Of a DNA stretch of 64,000 nt, positions 37,291 through 50,095 are shown one piece after another. Location of the stretch: NCBI GenBank assembly GCA_030704615.1, contig CM060734.1, positions 9,176,001 through 9,240,000 of the forward strand, written 5' to 3'. Source of the DNA: Takakia lepidozioides (taxonomy: Eukaryota; Plantae; Bryophyta). Position 1 is the stretch's first letter; each line of letters begins with the position of its first letter. Both the position numbers and the translations under genes were made by a program. A model generated the notes under the pieces. It did no database searches and was not told the origin of the DNA. It worked only from the letters and a program-made list of their open reading frames with translations.

Positions 37291-40200
37291 ATGGCTTCCT
37301 CTGAAGCGGAGTTCTTCTCAGACGACAAACCAGTGCCGTTCTCCCAGGAAGTCCTTGACAATGGATTTGCAATTGTTCTGGAACATGTCTTGGCTACCCG
37401 TTTTCAGCTGCAGAATGGCTCCATCTTTTTGGAGAAAGAGGTTTACGATCTGAAAGGGAAGTTGGTGAAATATTCTTTCCAAAACCGTGATGAGACGGCT
37501 CATATCAGCCAGTGGAGAGTGCGTCCTGGTCGATACAGAGTACTTGGAGAGCCTCGGCGAAAGTCCCTTGGGTCATATGTGACGCCCGGGACTGCTGCTT
37601 CGGTCGTTGAAGACAAGAGGGAGGTGGTGGTGAAAAAAGAACAGACTTCCTCCACTCCAATCGTTGAGCTTTCGGATTCTTCCGATGATGACATAAGTGA
37701 AATTCCAAATCCAGTCCTTCCTACTGTGGTTGCAGAAGCTGATGAAGAAGAGATTTGTAGTGTCATTCCAAAATTGCGGGCGATGGGAGGAATGGCTGGA
37801 TTCAAAAGTGAGTTGCGGGGAATTGATTGGGAATCTTTGAAGCAGGTGCCTGTGAAGTTCTTGCCGGAGACTTTTGATGGCGATATCCTATTCGAGCTGC
37901 CTCCTCCTCCGCGAGTTGGAGGTGTAACAATCATGATGCATGGAATGGACAAGAAACACGACGGGCACCCGTGGTGCAGAACAAAAACATCCAATATTCA
38001 GAATGATGACAAGCTTGTTTTCAGGAGGACAGTTTGCAATGGACACCTTAGGTGTGATAATTTGAATTGCAGACACTTTCTTCAGTCTGGAGTTCATAAT
38101 CAAAGCGAATGGGAGGGTCTGGCGGAGAATCCATTTCAGCCTGGGACTGCCCCTCCACCGGCAAACACTTTCGTCTGCAAATTCTGCAAACTTGTGCCAT
38201 CCTGCTTGGCGCTCTGCGGAGCAAGAATGTACTATGTTGTCCACCGTTTGAATACAATGACGAGAGCTTGTGTGCATTTTGGATTCCATAACCATCCTGT
38301 CTCGAAGGGGGATTACAGGGAGAGTGTTGAGACAGTATCGAGGTTGATCAAACAGGAGTTCGGGAGAAACCCATCCGCAACAACATCTGCAATTGCTCTT
38401 GGCGCAAGCAAGTCCTTCTTGGAAAGCCATATTTTGAGTGAAGGAGATTCTGTGGGGACTAAACTTGACGGTGCAGCATTGGACCTGGTCATGGATCATT
38501 TCTCCACTTTAAGTTCACCTAACATTCGGCATCAGATCAATGCATTGAGAATGGGCTCTGGGATCAGAGGCTACATAGACAATATTTTGGAATTGAAACG
38601 ACTGAGCAAGTACGATTACATCCAGGACAATGTATTCCCAGGTCAAGGTGCCATCAAAGTTTTTCTTTTCAAAATGTCGACTGTTGGGGAGGGCAGTGGG
38701 GTTAGCCTCGTGAAGCGGATGCAAAGACTGGGGACTTGCAGAACTGTTTTCTTATGTTTGATCATGTGAAACGAGTGAAGGATTGGACGACAATGGCTTG
38801 TCATGTCTACGATCCAGTGTACCAACGAGTTATGACAATTGCAGTTTGTGACATGCAATCCGAGGATACGGAATCCCAGAAGCTCATGTGGAATTCCCTG
38901 ATACGTGTCATGGGCTGCCATGGGCTGCCATCTCCAAATTTCGCAGGTTTCATGGCGGATAGTGCTCAAGCAAATTTCAATGCTATTCGTATTGTCTTCG
39001 GATCGGGCGACCCAAAAGTGCCTATGCCAGGAAGAGAGCGTACATGTCTATTCCATTGGACACAATCTCTGGAAAAACATACAAAGTCGGACATCAAACC
39101 AGAGATGCAGACTCAGCACCGTAAATTGTGCAAAGAGTACAAAGATGCTAGAACAATGAAGGAGGCGGACACTTTGTTCCAGACAATTCGTGCCTGGTGG
39201 TTCTCTTCTGGAGCTGCATCACTTGAGAGTATGAGAGCATTGGAAGATTGGCTGGCGTTTTGGCACTTCCGGTATAGACAGTGGGGAGCAGCCATGACAA
39301 TGGTACGAGGCTTCTATTTCATGCTTTATTCATACATTTGCTTTCCATATTTTTGACTCATTGCTTTCTTTATGTTGTTTCCTGTGCACTATTCTGAAGT
39401 GTGGTTATCCTCTTTGCAGAACATGTCCATTGAGGAAATGGCAGACATGCCATCTTGCAATTTGGCAGAAACTGTGCACAATGCATGGTTGCAGCAGTCT
39501 GGGAAACGAGGTCGGGATTTGTATGTGGCAACAACAGATGATTTGATACGTGCCTTGCAACAACAAACCCGATACCGTGATTTCTTACGAGGTGGGGTTG
39601 GTGGCAAGGGTCCGGACAAATCGGAGTTGATGTTGCGTGCTGCAAACAGATCTGGGGATCCAATCAAGATAGCACGGGCGGTGAGCATGTATGCCCAGGG
39701 AACGCCACTTGTTTCTAGAGTTCCACATCTTGAAGGGGAGGAGAGATTCGGCTCCTGTAAGAGGAAATTGAACACTCCACCTGGTTCGGATTCAGATTCC
39801 CACAGGGCAGACCGTGATAACTTCTCGAAGCCTCGTGTTCCCCTGCATGACAGCTCCGTGTCCGGAACCTCCATTGTGGAGGAACCTCCAACACGACGGC
39901 AAGCTCCAGCATCAAACCGTGCCACTGAAATGGTGCAGGAGAGAAACAACCCCCTTGATGTGCTTGAGTCCGCATGCCCCGACCACGTTTGGCACATAGA
40001 ACGCACAAGTGTCGGGTCTCGTGTGAAATGTACAGCGATCAGGGCAACTAATTTCGAGAAGTGCACTTCATCTATATCCAGAGGTGGTGCCCAAACTCCT
40101 GCTCCGACTTTCACAGGCTTGATGCGTCCATACGGTCAACCAGAAGCCAAGAACCACAAGTTCTGGTTCTGCGCAGATGATTGTGCCAGATGTGTGCATG

Positions 40201-40804
40201 GAACTGTGCGTCCTTCGTAGTGATGAAGCCATCTCCTCCAACCGTTTGGCCCGTGAAGGTGGGAACACATCTCAGCTTTCAGGAGATTGAAATGCTGGAG
40301 GAGGCAGGTTTTTCCCTTGCGAGACAACCCCAACTCCATGCATGTGCTACTACTCCTGCGTCCTCCCGGGTCCCCCCGGCAAATCCTGACTTGTGGCCAA
40401 CCAAACGAGATGGAAAGCTCGTTCGGCGTTTCCCTCCAACCGCTGAACACTTTGGCAAAGTGGAGTCCGCAAGAATGCTCCAAGCTCGTGTCGGAAGCAC
40501 CACGGAAGTACCCGATCCAGGATATGGTCGGGTATTCACAATCATCACTTCCACATCTGCTGTTCATGACAGGACCTACGACATCACGGTTTCCAATTTC
40601 CCCAATTGCACATGTCCTGATTTTGTGAATATGCTATCAACCAGTTTGGGCAAGAGAGGTAAATTCATACCCTGCAAACATTTGTATTTCATATTTTTGA
40701 GGAGGATGGTTTGCGATCCCAAACGTGACAACTTCATTCACCAGGCCACTATGAGTTTCAACGAGGTCGATACTCTTTTGCAGCGGGATACAACACATGG
40801 GTAG
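37291..40804 (+). CDS. Mutator-like transposase (GCM/WRKY-like Zn domain, DDE core, SWIM); intron ~39303-39419, frameshifts near 38720 and 40215
   Basis: DGHPWCRTKTSN..CNGHLRC..CKFC..HNHP; LMFDHVKRV; FMADSAQ..CLFHW; SCNLAETVH; CTCPDF..PCKHL. Confidence 0.9.
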
Positions 40805-41759
40805 CATGAACTATGTAATGTGGTATGTGGATGACCATGATTTGAAATGTGTAATTCACATCAATTCGTCGGCTGTGCAATGATATGGCCTCCAACTATA
40901 CGGAGTGAGGTCTGAGTGACAACTTTTAGGTAGTGCACATTTGTCATTGCACCGTTCGAAGTCTACATGTCTTGCTGTCGCTATGCACTACAATCATCTT
41001 TTGAAGATGATCATAACTCTCATTGTTATTTGAGGAGGGAGGAAGTCTTCTCGTGGCAGCCTTTATGGCGCACACTTTGTGAGGATATTTTCTCGTCTTC
41101 GTAATTGTAAAAGTGAAACAAACATTTGTAATTGCACAATGTTGGATGCTGCAATTGTAGGCCTCAACGCTCGTCTTGATTCTATTTAGGCAAGATTCCC
41201 TGCATTAATTCCACGGTCATAGGACCATCCACGGTTATAGGCGGCGCATGTTAATGCTGACGTGGCAGTTGACGGACAGTGCCACGTCATCATTTACCGC
41301 CACATCAGCATGCTGACATGACGCTCACGCCACGTCAGCATGTGTGCAGGCTCACGCCACGTCAGCTGGCGTGAGCATACGCTCACGCCACGTCACTCCT
41401 GCGTGAGCGTACGCTCGCGCGCTCACGTGCAACGCTCACGCCATTGCGTCGTTGTTGGATTGACACTTGGTCCAATCCCAAATGTCAATATGTAAAAGCT
41501 AGCTATTTCCTAGCTTGTTTCACACTAGTGGTAAAATAACTTGACAGTTGGGATTTGACTCCAGTCCGCTGGGTCTGCTGAGCGGTCTAGCAAAGGGAGG
41601 TGGTCTCCTTGCTTCTGTCTATCTGCATGTCCACCCTGTCGGACAAGTTTATGCCCTAACTCAAACATGTGCTCTACAAGTGCTTTTCCTTCACCTAAGT
41701 GGAAACCAGCCTTTTTCCTTCCTTCTTGCTCTCCAAGGCTTGAAAATAGAAGCCTCAAT

Positions 41760-42432
41760 GGGCTATAACACAGAACACTCCGCAACGGGGGCTTCCCCTT
41801 TCGTATTGGTTTATGGAAAAGCACCTCTAGTGCGGGCCGCCCAGGACAGTGAGGAGCCGGCAGCAACGGCAATGTTGGAAGAACGCGAACGCTTGCTGGA
41901 ACTCGCAAAGTACAACATTGCCAAAGCTAGGAAACGCTACGAGCGACAGGCGAATCAGAAGCGGCGGGAAGTTAAGATTGAGGCAGGCACGGAGGTCTGG
42001 TTGAACATCAAGAATTTTCGACTACCTCCGGAAGTGAGTCCGAAGTTCGTATCTCCGTATGCGGGGCCTTTTCACATCCGGAAGGTTATGAATGAGGATG
42101 TTTATGCGTTGGAGCTGCCGGCAGACAGCAAGGTGCATCCGGTATTCCACGTTTCCCTTTTGAAGCCTTACTTCAAAGATAAAGCGCGTCCGAATCGGCA
42201 TCAAGTGTTGCGTCCGCCACCTGTGCTGTTGGATCGTGAAAATGAACCCGAGTACAAGGTGGAGGCAGTGCTTAAGTCGAGGAGGTTCGAGAATCAAGCA
42301 ACAGAGTATCTCGTGAAATGGAAGGGCTATTATCAAGTGGAGGCAACTTGGGTGTGTGCCTCGGAAATGGAAAACGCATTTGAGGCGGTTGCAGCTTTCG
42401 AAGGGCGACCTCAAAAGCGGAAGAAGCGTTGA
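41760..42432 (+). pseudogene. Chromovirus integrase C-terminus + chromodomain fragment
   Basis: HSATGASPF, YAGPFHI, HPVFHVSLLK, EYKVEAVL..EYLVKWKGY..ATW; followed by a purine tract at ~42455-42467. Confidence 0.88.
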
Positions 42433-44300
42433 TGGGCACATCAACCTTGGATCGTGGGGGAGGAAATGCATGCTTAGTCCAGTTTAGCTAGCTTAGGAAT
42501 CCGATTGCAAAGACTTGTGTTGTACAGATCTTGTTTATAAATGAAATGGTTTCCAAATGTTGTGCGTTCTATTTTGTTTGGATTGGTGATGCATGGTATG
42601 GTTGGCTAGTGTGTAGAATGCATGCTACCTTACAAAAGTATGAGAGGAAAATTGGATTAATCGTGTGTTTGCGTAGCGCCAAAATCGGGAGACTCCCATT
42701 CAAGGGGCAATGAAATTTATGCCTTCTTTGGGAGTTCAGGTGCTAGTGTGCACCTGGCGCGCGTGCGTACTGTAACTGCGCTACCGAGGGGGTTGCCTTG
42801 TAGTTCGGGCTAACACGGAAGCTACGTGCTTCCGTTCATGTACTATAATCGTGTAGCATCGGGACGAGGTCATAGTGCGGCTTCGGCGTGTTCCCATACC
42901 TCAAGCCAACATTCCAAGGCGGACCCAATTGTAGTGATTGGGGCGCACGGTTGGTTCAAGGTTATCTTCCTAGTCAAAAAAAGGTTCAAGGTGAGCCCTT
43001 GCTCAAGGTGATGCCAAAAAGTGGCATCATGAGCGGTCACAAGCAATGTTGTTGCAATAAGGCGATTCGATCCTCGAGGAGGATCGTTCCTTGGCCTTGA
43101 AGTGGGCTAAGAAGAGTGCACTGGGTGGAGCTTGAGAAGCTACACCCTTGGCCGAGACTTGGAGGAAGTCGGCCAAACTAGCTAGTGGGGAGCAGAGTCA
43201 AGTGGAGGTTTGGTTCTTTGCCATGGGACGTCATGGTACGGAAACAAACTCCTTGATGTGGGACGCCACAACTTGGATGTTAGTTTCCACGAAAAGGGAC
43301 AAGTCGATGAGGACATCGACTCCTCGTTGGTAGGGGTGTGTGTCGCAGCCCTTTGCCTTGAGGACGAGGGGTTGGGACACAAGAGGGGCTGCCCCTGTGG
43401 TGGGGGCAGTGGCAGCAAATTGGGATAGGGGCTGAAGCACCCTTGAGGCGGAGGCGCTCACTAGGTGGAGCCCCGCCAACCGGGTTGCGGTTGGGGGGCT
43501 CCGTGTGGGGTGGTGGTAGCGTAGGGAGTTGTAGTGGGGGTGGCATAGGACTCACCATGAGGCTGAGGCCTTGTGGTGGGAGTTGTGGGGAGTCTTGGGA
43601 CTCACCACGGTCCATTGGGCCCGTGGTGGGTGGGCCAAGACTCACCGCGGCTCATCATAGGGACAGTCGAGGGTCTAAGTGGTGGTGCACCAGATTTGGA
43701 CTTGGCTACTTGTGGAACCCCCGCAGACACCTACAAAAGTATATATAGGGAGTAGTAACCCCGAGAACGGTACAAGCCTGTTGGTGGCCAAAAGCTAGTG
43801 AGTAAGCGTGCGAGCCGGAAAGCGACCAAGGTGTGGGGAGCTATTCCGGACTGCCATCTACCAAAGGGAATTTCCACTAGGCCCAAAGTGGTGGAGGGTC
43901 TTTTGGAGGCGCAAGGGGTTATGCCCCGGTGAGCAGCCGAAGCTCCGAGTTGGCCCGGCGGCCAGTTTGGGAGTTAGGCGCGCGCATCAAAGCGAGTAAC
44001 TATGACGTGAAGGGGAGTTTACCAAAGTGAGGTGCGCGACACTTGCACTCTGGTCACGGGTCTCAGGCTCAACTGACCTTGATTGATTCCACATATACTC
44101 ATTTATAGAAGAATTGCCCAACAACTATTGTAACCGCTTCTAACTCCTAAACTATTCATCTATTGCTATCATCCGATATCGAATAGAACCAAGTCATCCG
44201 TCATTGCAAAGTATCGAGAAGAATCGTCTGTCGCGGCTATATCGATGGTATTACAGAGTATATGAGCCGATAATACACTAAAAAGTCTTACGATTAAAAC

Positions 44301-46308
44301 TTAATTGAAAATTGCCATTATTCTACATAGCCCCACTCCTAATTGTGCAGCGTCCCCGCAAACATTGATACTCCTAATTCCTAGCCTTCTTATTGTGTTG
44401 CCTTCCTTCATACTCCTGCGATCGACGTCGCTCAGCTCGATCATCGGCCTCCCTCTGTCCCTTCTTAAACGCCACATAGGGATGATATTGTGAAGGTCCC
44501 CAATCGTCATAAATGGTGGAATCGGTGCCCTGAAGAAACCCCGTCAAGCACATCAATTCAAACACCCTCATCATTCTGGCCGGATGATGCAGCAGCTTGG
44601 CCATAAGCCCGAACTCGTATCCTCCCAACATAGGCATGTTGGCATCGATAGCAAAGTGAAACTGAATGCACCACCTCGCCAACACCCCATAGAAGATGGA
44701 TGCCATAAAGCACAATGGATCATAATGAGAGCTATGAGCCTGCTGGAAAGCCTGATATGACGTGTTGCAGGACTCAAAAGTACTGAACTCCCCTAGAATC
44801 AGTGGCCAATTGTAAGGAAGCGACACCAAGCCCTCGTTTTCAATCCATTGGCCTCGCCGAGGACATCTGCATACCCCCAAAATCCCTGTAATGTTCCGAG
44901 GCCATGGTGTATTGGTTGCTTTTGCCCTCCTGCCCAATCCCTTGATCCAATCGAACTTAGCAGTATGGCGGTAATCCTTCCCCATCCACAGCAACATGTT
45001 CCACCTAGGAGTGGAGCCATCCTCTAAATCGAGACCTACACCTTGTGAGGGTTGCCCAATAACTTTGAAGAATCCCAATTGATTGGAAATAGCCATCGCT
45101 CAAAAATATGCGGTCCCACCTAAGAGATATCGACTAGCGTAGGTCGATTGATGACCAAATCGGTCATCCATTCCTTTTTCAAAACCTCCTTCCAAGACTT
45201 CGCTTTCTGCCAACCCACCAATCGATTTCTGATGGCCGATAATGTCCAGACATAGGCAGCTCCGTGCAAATCCTGCGCATCTGTGCTTGCACGATACCTG
45301 CGATAGGCCCTATTGCTCATGGACTGAAACCTCTCTTCATCCAATACAATGGCCATAAGTGGCTGGACCATCTCCAAATAATTGCTCAAATACTTCTCTT
45401 CAGGTAATGGGCGTGCATTGAGGAACCCGCAGGATGGAAGTCGATTCCATGACCGATTTTCAGCCTGGCATCCTCGATAAGTATCCAACCCTTTTCTCCG
45501 ACTGCTGATATTACAGGAAACAGCGGCTGGTGGGATCGCCCACTGTAAAAAGAAACTGATCTGGATTGGCTACCTGCAAATCCCCTCTCACCACCATTTC
45601 CACCGCCAAATTCTCCAAATGATGCTGGCACAAAAATTCCCAGTTGTCCTCAAAGTCGACGGGTTCCTCTGCCCCATTGAAAGCTGCCTTCAGGATATCA
45701 CTATCATACAAATACCCCTGACTAAGACAATCGGCATAACATAATTCCACCCAATACACAAGAATATGGCTCCCCAACAGATATACGGAGCTTGCACCAA
45801 GACATCCCTCAATCGCTCTAACTCCTCCAATTGAGCAGTTGTTGTATTCTGCAAGGTCGCCATTTCTACCTCCGCCATAGCCTTATATTTGTTCAGATCA
45901 GCCTCCAACTTCACATATCGCTCCTCAGGATTTATCGATGTAGGAGATCGCTTCTCCAATTCAGCATTGTGCTGCCGAGCCTCCATCAATTGCTTTTCCA
46001 ATTCAGCAATTCGAGCATCTTAGTGCTGTGATCGCTACATCTGCATCTTGATAACAGCCTCCTTATCGGCAATAAGGAGTCGATAAGATCTTAAGATACC
46101 GAAAGTCCCATCTCTTCCATTGCTCTCTCAAATCCTCAACCTCCCTGGCATCTGCCTCGGTTTTTTTCTTCAACTCATCCCAGTCTTTCTGCAATTGCTG
46201 ACTGTGCGATAGAGCTGCAACATGGCTAACTCTCAAATCAATCAATTCTTTGCGCACATCATCATTATTGATGGCCTGTGCTGCTGCCACCTGCAGACCA
46301 ACAACCAA
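44301..46308 (-). pseudogene. Decayed ORF (coiled-coil N-terminus + unknown domain), antisense to the adjacent gypsy pol
   Basis: Chain of minus-strand ORF fragments with protein-like composition, broken by stops and frameshifts; no recognisable motif. Confidence 0.4.
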
Positions 46309-49150
46309 ATCGCGGAGTCAGGCTGAAAAAAGAAGGGTTTGTTTGGCTACCCACATCCTTTCCTGTCGAAGGAACAATTGCAGTCGCATACCATGGGGAG
46401 ACTCAGAAGGAGGAGTATGAGTTCACATCTAAAGCAGAAGGGTGGACGACTGAAGCCGATAGTGATGCTCAAGTTCTTCCACTATCGCCTAAGCATACAC
46501 GTAGCCAACAAATATTTCATTGTGCAAATCTAGGAGAATACCCCTGGAACGGCGATTTTGATAACGATTCTGACGATGTTGTTCTACGTTGGGAGGGGGC
46601 TCGACCCTCCTATATGGTGCAGCATGAATATAAGTGGGAATTGACCTCCACATCGGAAGATATCGCATGGTATAATTCTGCTGATGACACACGTGCTCCA
46701 CTTATGAAGGAGGATCCCTACCAATACCTGAATTTGAACACTGCTGCTGAGCCCAATGAAATCATAATTTCTGCGGAGATTCCATCGAATGAACTGTCTA
46801 TATATGGAAGGAATTCTTCCAGAAACATCGAACAACTTTTGCTTGGACTTACACAGATCTTCGGGGAGTACCCCCAAAAATTTGCCAGCATCGTATTGTT
46901 TTGGAGGAGGGAGCAATACCAGTGCGACAACGCCAACATCGATTGAATCCTAAGTTCTCTGTTGGTGAAAGAAGAGCTGGACAAATTGCTAGCTGCTGGT
47001 TTCATTTACCCTGTGCCTTATAGTGATTGGGTGTCGCCGATAGTGGTTGTCCCAAACAAGCAATCGGGCAAAGTGCGGATCTGCCAGGACTTCCAGAAAC
47101 TTAATGCAATTACCAGGAATGGCTATTTTCCCTTACCTTTTACCAATACTATCTTGGATGCAGTTGCTGGGCATGAATGCTATTCCTTCCTTGATGGCTT
47201 TTCAGGTTACAACCAAATCACGATTGCAGAGGAAGATCGTCCTAAGACTATTTTTACTACCGATTGGGGTACTTATGCTTATAAAGTTATGCCATTTGGA
47301 CTATGTAATGCCCCTGCTACTTTTCAACAGGTGATGACTGCCGCCTTTCTGGATTATTTGCGGTTGTTCATGGAAATCTTTCTTGATGATTTTTGTGTTT
47401 ACAGCGATAAAGCGACTCATGCTAAGATGTTGGAGTTATGCTTTCAAAAATGTCAGGAGTATGGAATGTCCCTGAATGCAGGCAAATGTCAATTTTTGGT
47501 TACGAAGGGCAAACTATTGGGCCATATTGTGTCTATTCGAGGAATATCGACTGACCCCACCAAGGTTGAAATTATTGTCCAATTATCTACTCCCATGACG
47601 GTAACGGAGATACGGGCCTTTCTGGGCCATGTGGGTTACTATCGTCGGTTCATTCGTCGATATGCTGAAATTGCTTTGCCATTAACGCAAATATTAAAGC
47701 ACGATGCAGAACTGCAGTGGACGAGGGAGTGTCATTACTCTTTTAATGAATTGAAGGGACGATTGATAAAGGCACCTATCTTGATTTCACACGATTGGAA
47801 GAAGGAATTTCAACTTTATATTGATGCTTCAAATTATGCAATTGGCAGTGTTTTAAGCCAAAAGGATGATAAGGCTTTTGATCATCCAATTTATTTTGCT
47901 AGTCGACAATTGGCTGCTGCAGAAATTAATTATACTACCACTGAGAGGGAGGGTTTGGGCATGATATATTATGTTCAAAAGTTTTGCCATTATTTATTGG
48001 GCTATCCTTTTGTTTTTCATGTTGATCACAATGCATTGAAGTATCTTATAAATAAACCTCAATTGAGTGGGCGAGTAGCTCGATGGGTAATTCTATTGCA
48101 AGAATTTACCTATAAGATTGTTGTGCACCCTGGACGCAAACATGCCAATGCCGATCATTTAAGTCGACTAATCGAAAGAAGTGGGGCCTGAGCCGATAGA
48201 CGATTCTTTCCCTGATGCTCAATTATTTGTCATTGATGTCATGACCGGCGAATATGCTCGTATCTTTAACTATTTGTAATTATTACAATTTCCTGATGGG
48301 TACACTAACAAGCAGAAGCGCCGATTGGTTGAGAAATCTGCCCCTTACACGATTATTGGAGAAACTCTATATAAACTAGGGAATGATGGAGTCTTACGTC
48401 GATGCATTTTGGAAGCTGAGGTTTCCACGATATTGGAGGGCTGTCATGCCGATTCTTGCGGTGGCCATTTTGCCGACGATGCGACAGGCCGGAAGGTGCT
48501 ACTATCGGGCTATTGGTGGCCGACATTATTTAAAGATGCTTTTGCCTATGTTCGCCGTTGTGATGCCTGCCAGCGATTGGGTAAGCCTATGCAATCGAGT
48601 TCAATGCCATTAGTTCCCATTCTTGCTCAGGCACCCTTTGAAAAATGGGGGATTGACTTTGTTGGTCCTATCGCCCTTGCTTCCCGCAATGGTTAGAAAC
48701 GATATATCCTCGTTGCTACGGAATATGTCACTAAAGATTATTTCTGGTACTGGTATTGACTGGGATACGAAGTTATTTTCTGCATTTTGGGCCTATCGTA
48801 CAGCTTGTAAGGTTACTACGGGTTTCACGCCTTTTCAGTTGGTCTATGGTCAAGAGGCGATATTGCCTATCGAGTTGGAGATACCTTCTCTCCATATAGC
48901 TATCGAAGATCATCTCGGCGATACTGACTCTCTTACAGCTCAATTGTTGCAATTGGTTAAATTGGATGAAATTCGTTGACACGCTTTACAAACGATTAAA
49001 GTGACGCAACGACGGCGGAAGGATTATTATGACAGCCATCTTAAACCCAAAGCCTTTAACGCGCATGATTTGGTGTTACTTTATGACAACCATTTTCAAA
49101 AATTTCCCGGGAAGCTGAGAATGCGATGGCTTGGACCGTATCGTGTGGTG
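46290..49150 (+). pseudogene. Older gypsy pol relic (RT, RNase H, partial integrase)
   Basis: WVSPIVVVP, FLDGFSGYNQI, MPFGLCNAP, FLDD, IDASNYAIG, WGIDFVGP, WAYRT, WLGPY; stops and deletions. Confidence 0.92.
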
Positions 49151-49154
49151 GAAG

Positions 49155-50095
49155 CAATGGTAGGGGCATTTTTCCATGCAAGACACATAGTAATATGATC
49201 CTGCCGGTGGCGTGACGCCACAAACCTTTTAGTGTTTTGCGTCAAACTCTGCATGAAGTGAAACCTGCATGATCTCTCCTTATCTTCCATTGGGGTCTTT
49301 GGGTCATCCCCATAGACCCTTCTCACTGCAGCCCAGTTCGCCTAGGCATTGTCAGCCATGAAGCCCCTAAAATTGGGAGGGGGCAACTTCACTCTCGCCA
49401 TTTGCTCATTGATTTTGCGCCACATATGCACCTCCAAATCCGTGTCCTCTCCTTTCATTTTGCAGATAGCAATGGTCATCAACTTCCTGAAATGTGGGTC
49501 GTATACGTGTGCTCCCATTGTCACCCAATCGTGATTGGTAATTCGTTTGTTGTGGTGGAACATGACCCAACAATTTGAGAGGTCTCCACTGGTCATCATG
49601 TTCACCAAGTCCACACCGTCTCCCTAGTCCTGAGGTGGACATTTTGAAAATATGAAGCACCTGTCCGTCTCAAAGCCTTGACCAAGAAAGAGGCTGTTGT
49701 GGATGAAGTCGTAGCCGCATGTGCGCTTCACTTCTAGGATTGACTGCATATCCGATCCCCTCCTGATTCACTTTTTTGCAAGCGACAATGTGGTTCCTCA
49801 CATTAGGGCTGCACACATGGGAGACAGCTTCCAGCAGCTCCTTCATGTCCCCCTTGCCCAGCTTCTCTCTTGTGCTTCCGTCTTCCGACATGATTTTGCC
49901 TATTGCAATTCTATGTGCAGTTGCGAGCTATATCTGTTTTGGTTTTGCACTTGGCCTCACCCTCACCTCCTCCATGATCATATCATGTGCCTGTTGAAAA
50001 GCCATTCTGGAATTGCCTCTCACCACCGGGTGGTCATGCTTGCCGATGTGGATGCATGCTCTAGTGCACGCATTGCCGACGCTTTCATGTTGTAC
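49155..50095 (-). pseudogene. Third, more divergent MULE transposase fragment
   Basis: ACIHIGKHDHP, FKMSTSG, MGAHVYDP..MTIAIC, FRGFMADNA, ERSCRFHF; same clade as elements A and B. Confidence 0.85.

Larger units (their letters stand above)
30110..41454. mobile_element. MULE-like element B, full length, degenerate TIRs
   Basis: 11-bp TSD TTGGATTGACA (30099-30109, 41455-41465); imperfect inverted ends GATGCCTCGGCGTGAGC..CACGTGAGCGCG vs GACGCAATGGCGTGAGC..CACGTGAGCGCG; transposase present. Confidence 0.93.
27500..41546 (-). mobile_element. Second, 3'-truncated copy of the split-repeat gypsy family (5' end and leader only), interrupted by MULE B
   Basis: Reverse complement of repeat A at 41546-41466 and 30109-29880; 28310-29400 closely matches 10300-11380; TCACAGCC minisatellite at 27500-28305. 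Confidence 0.85.
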
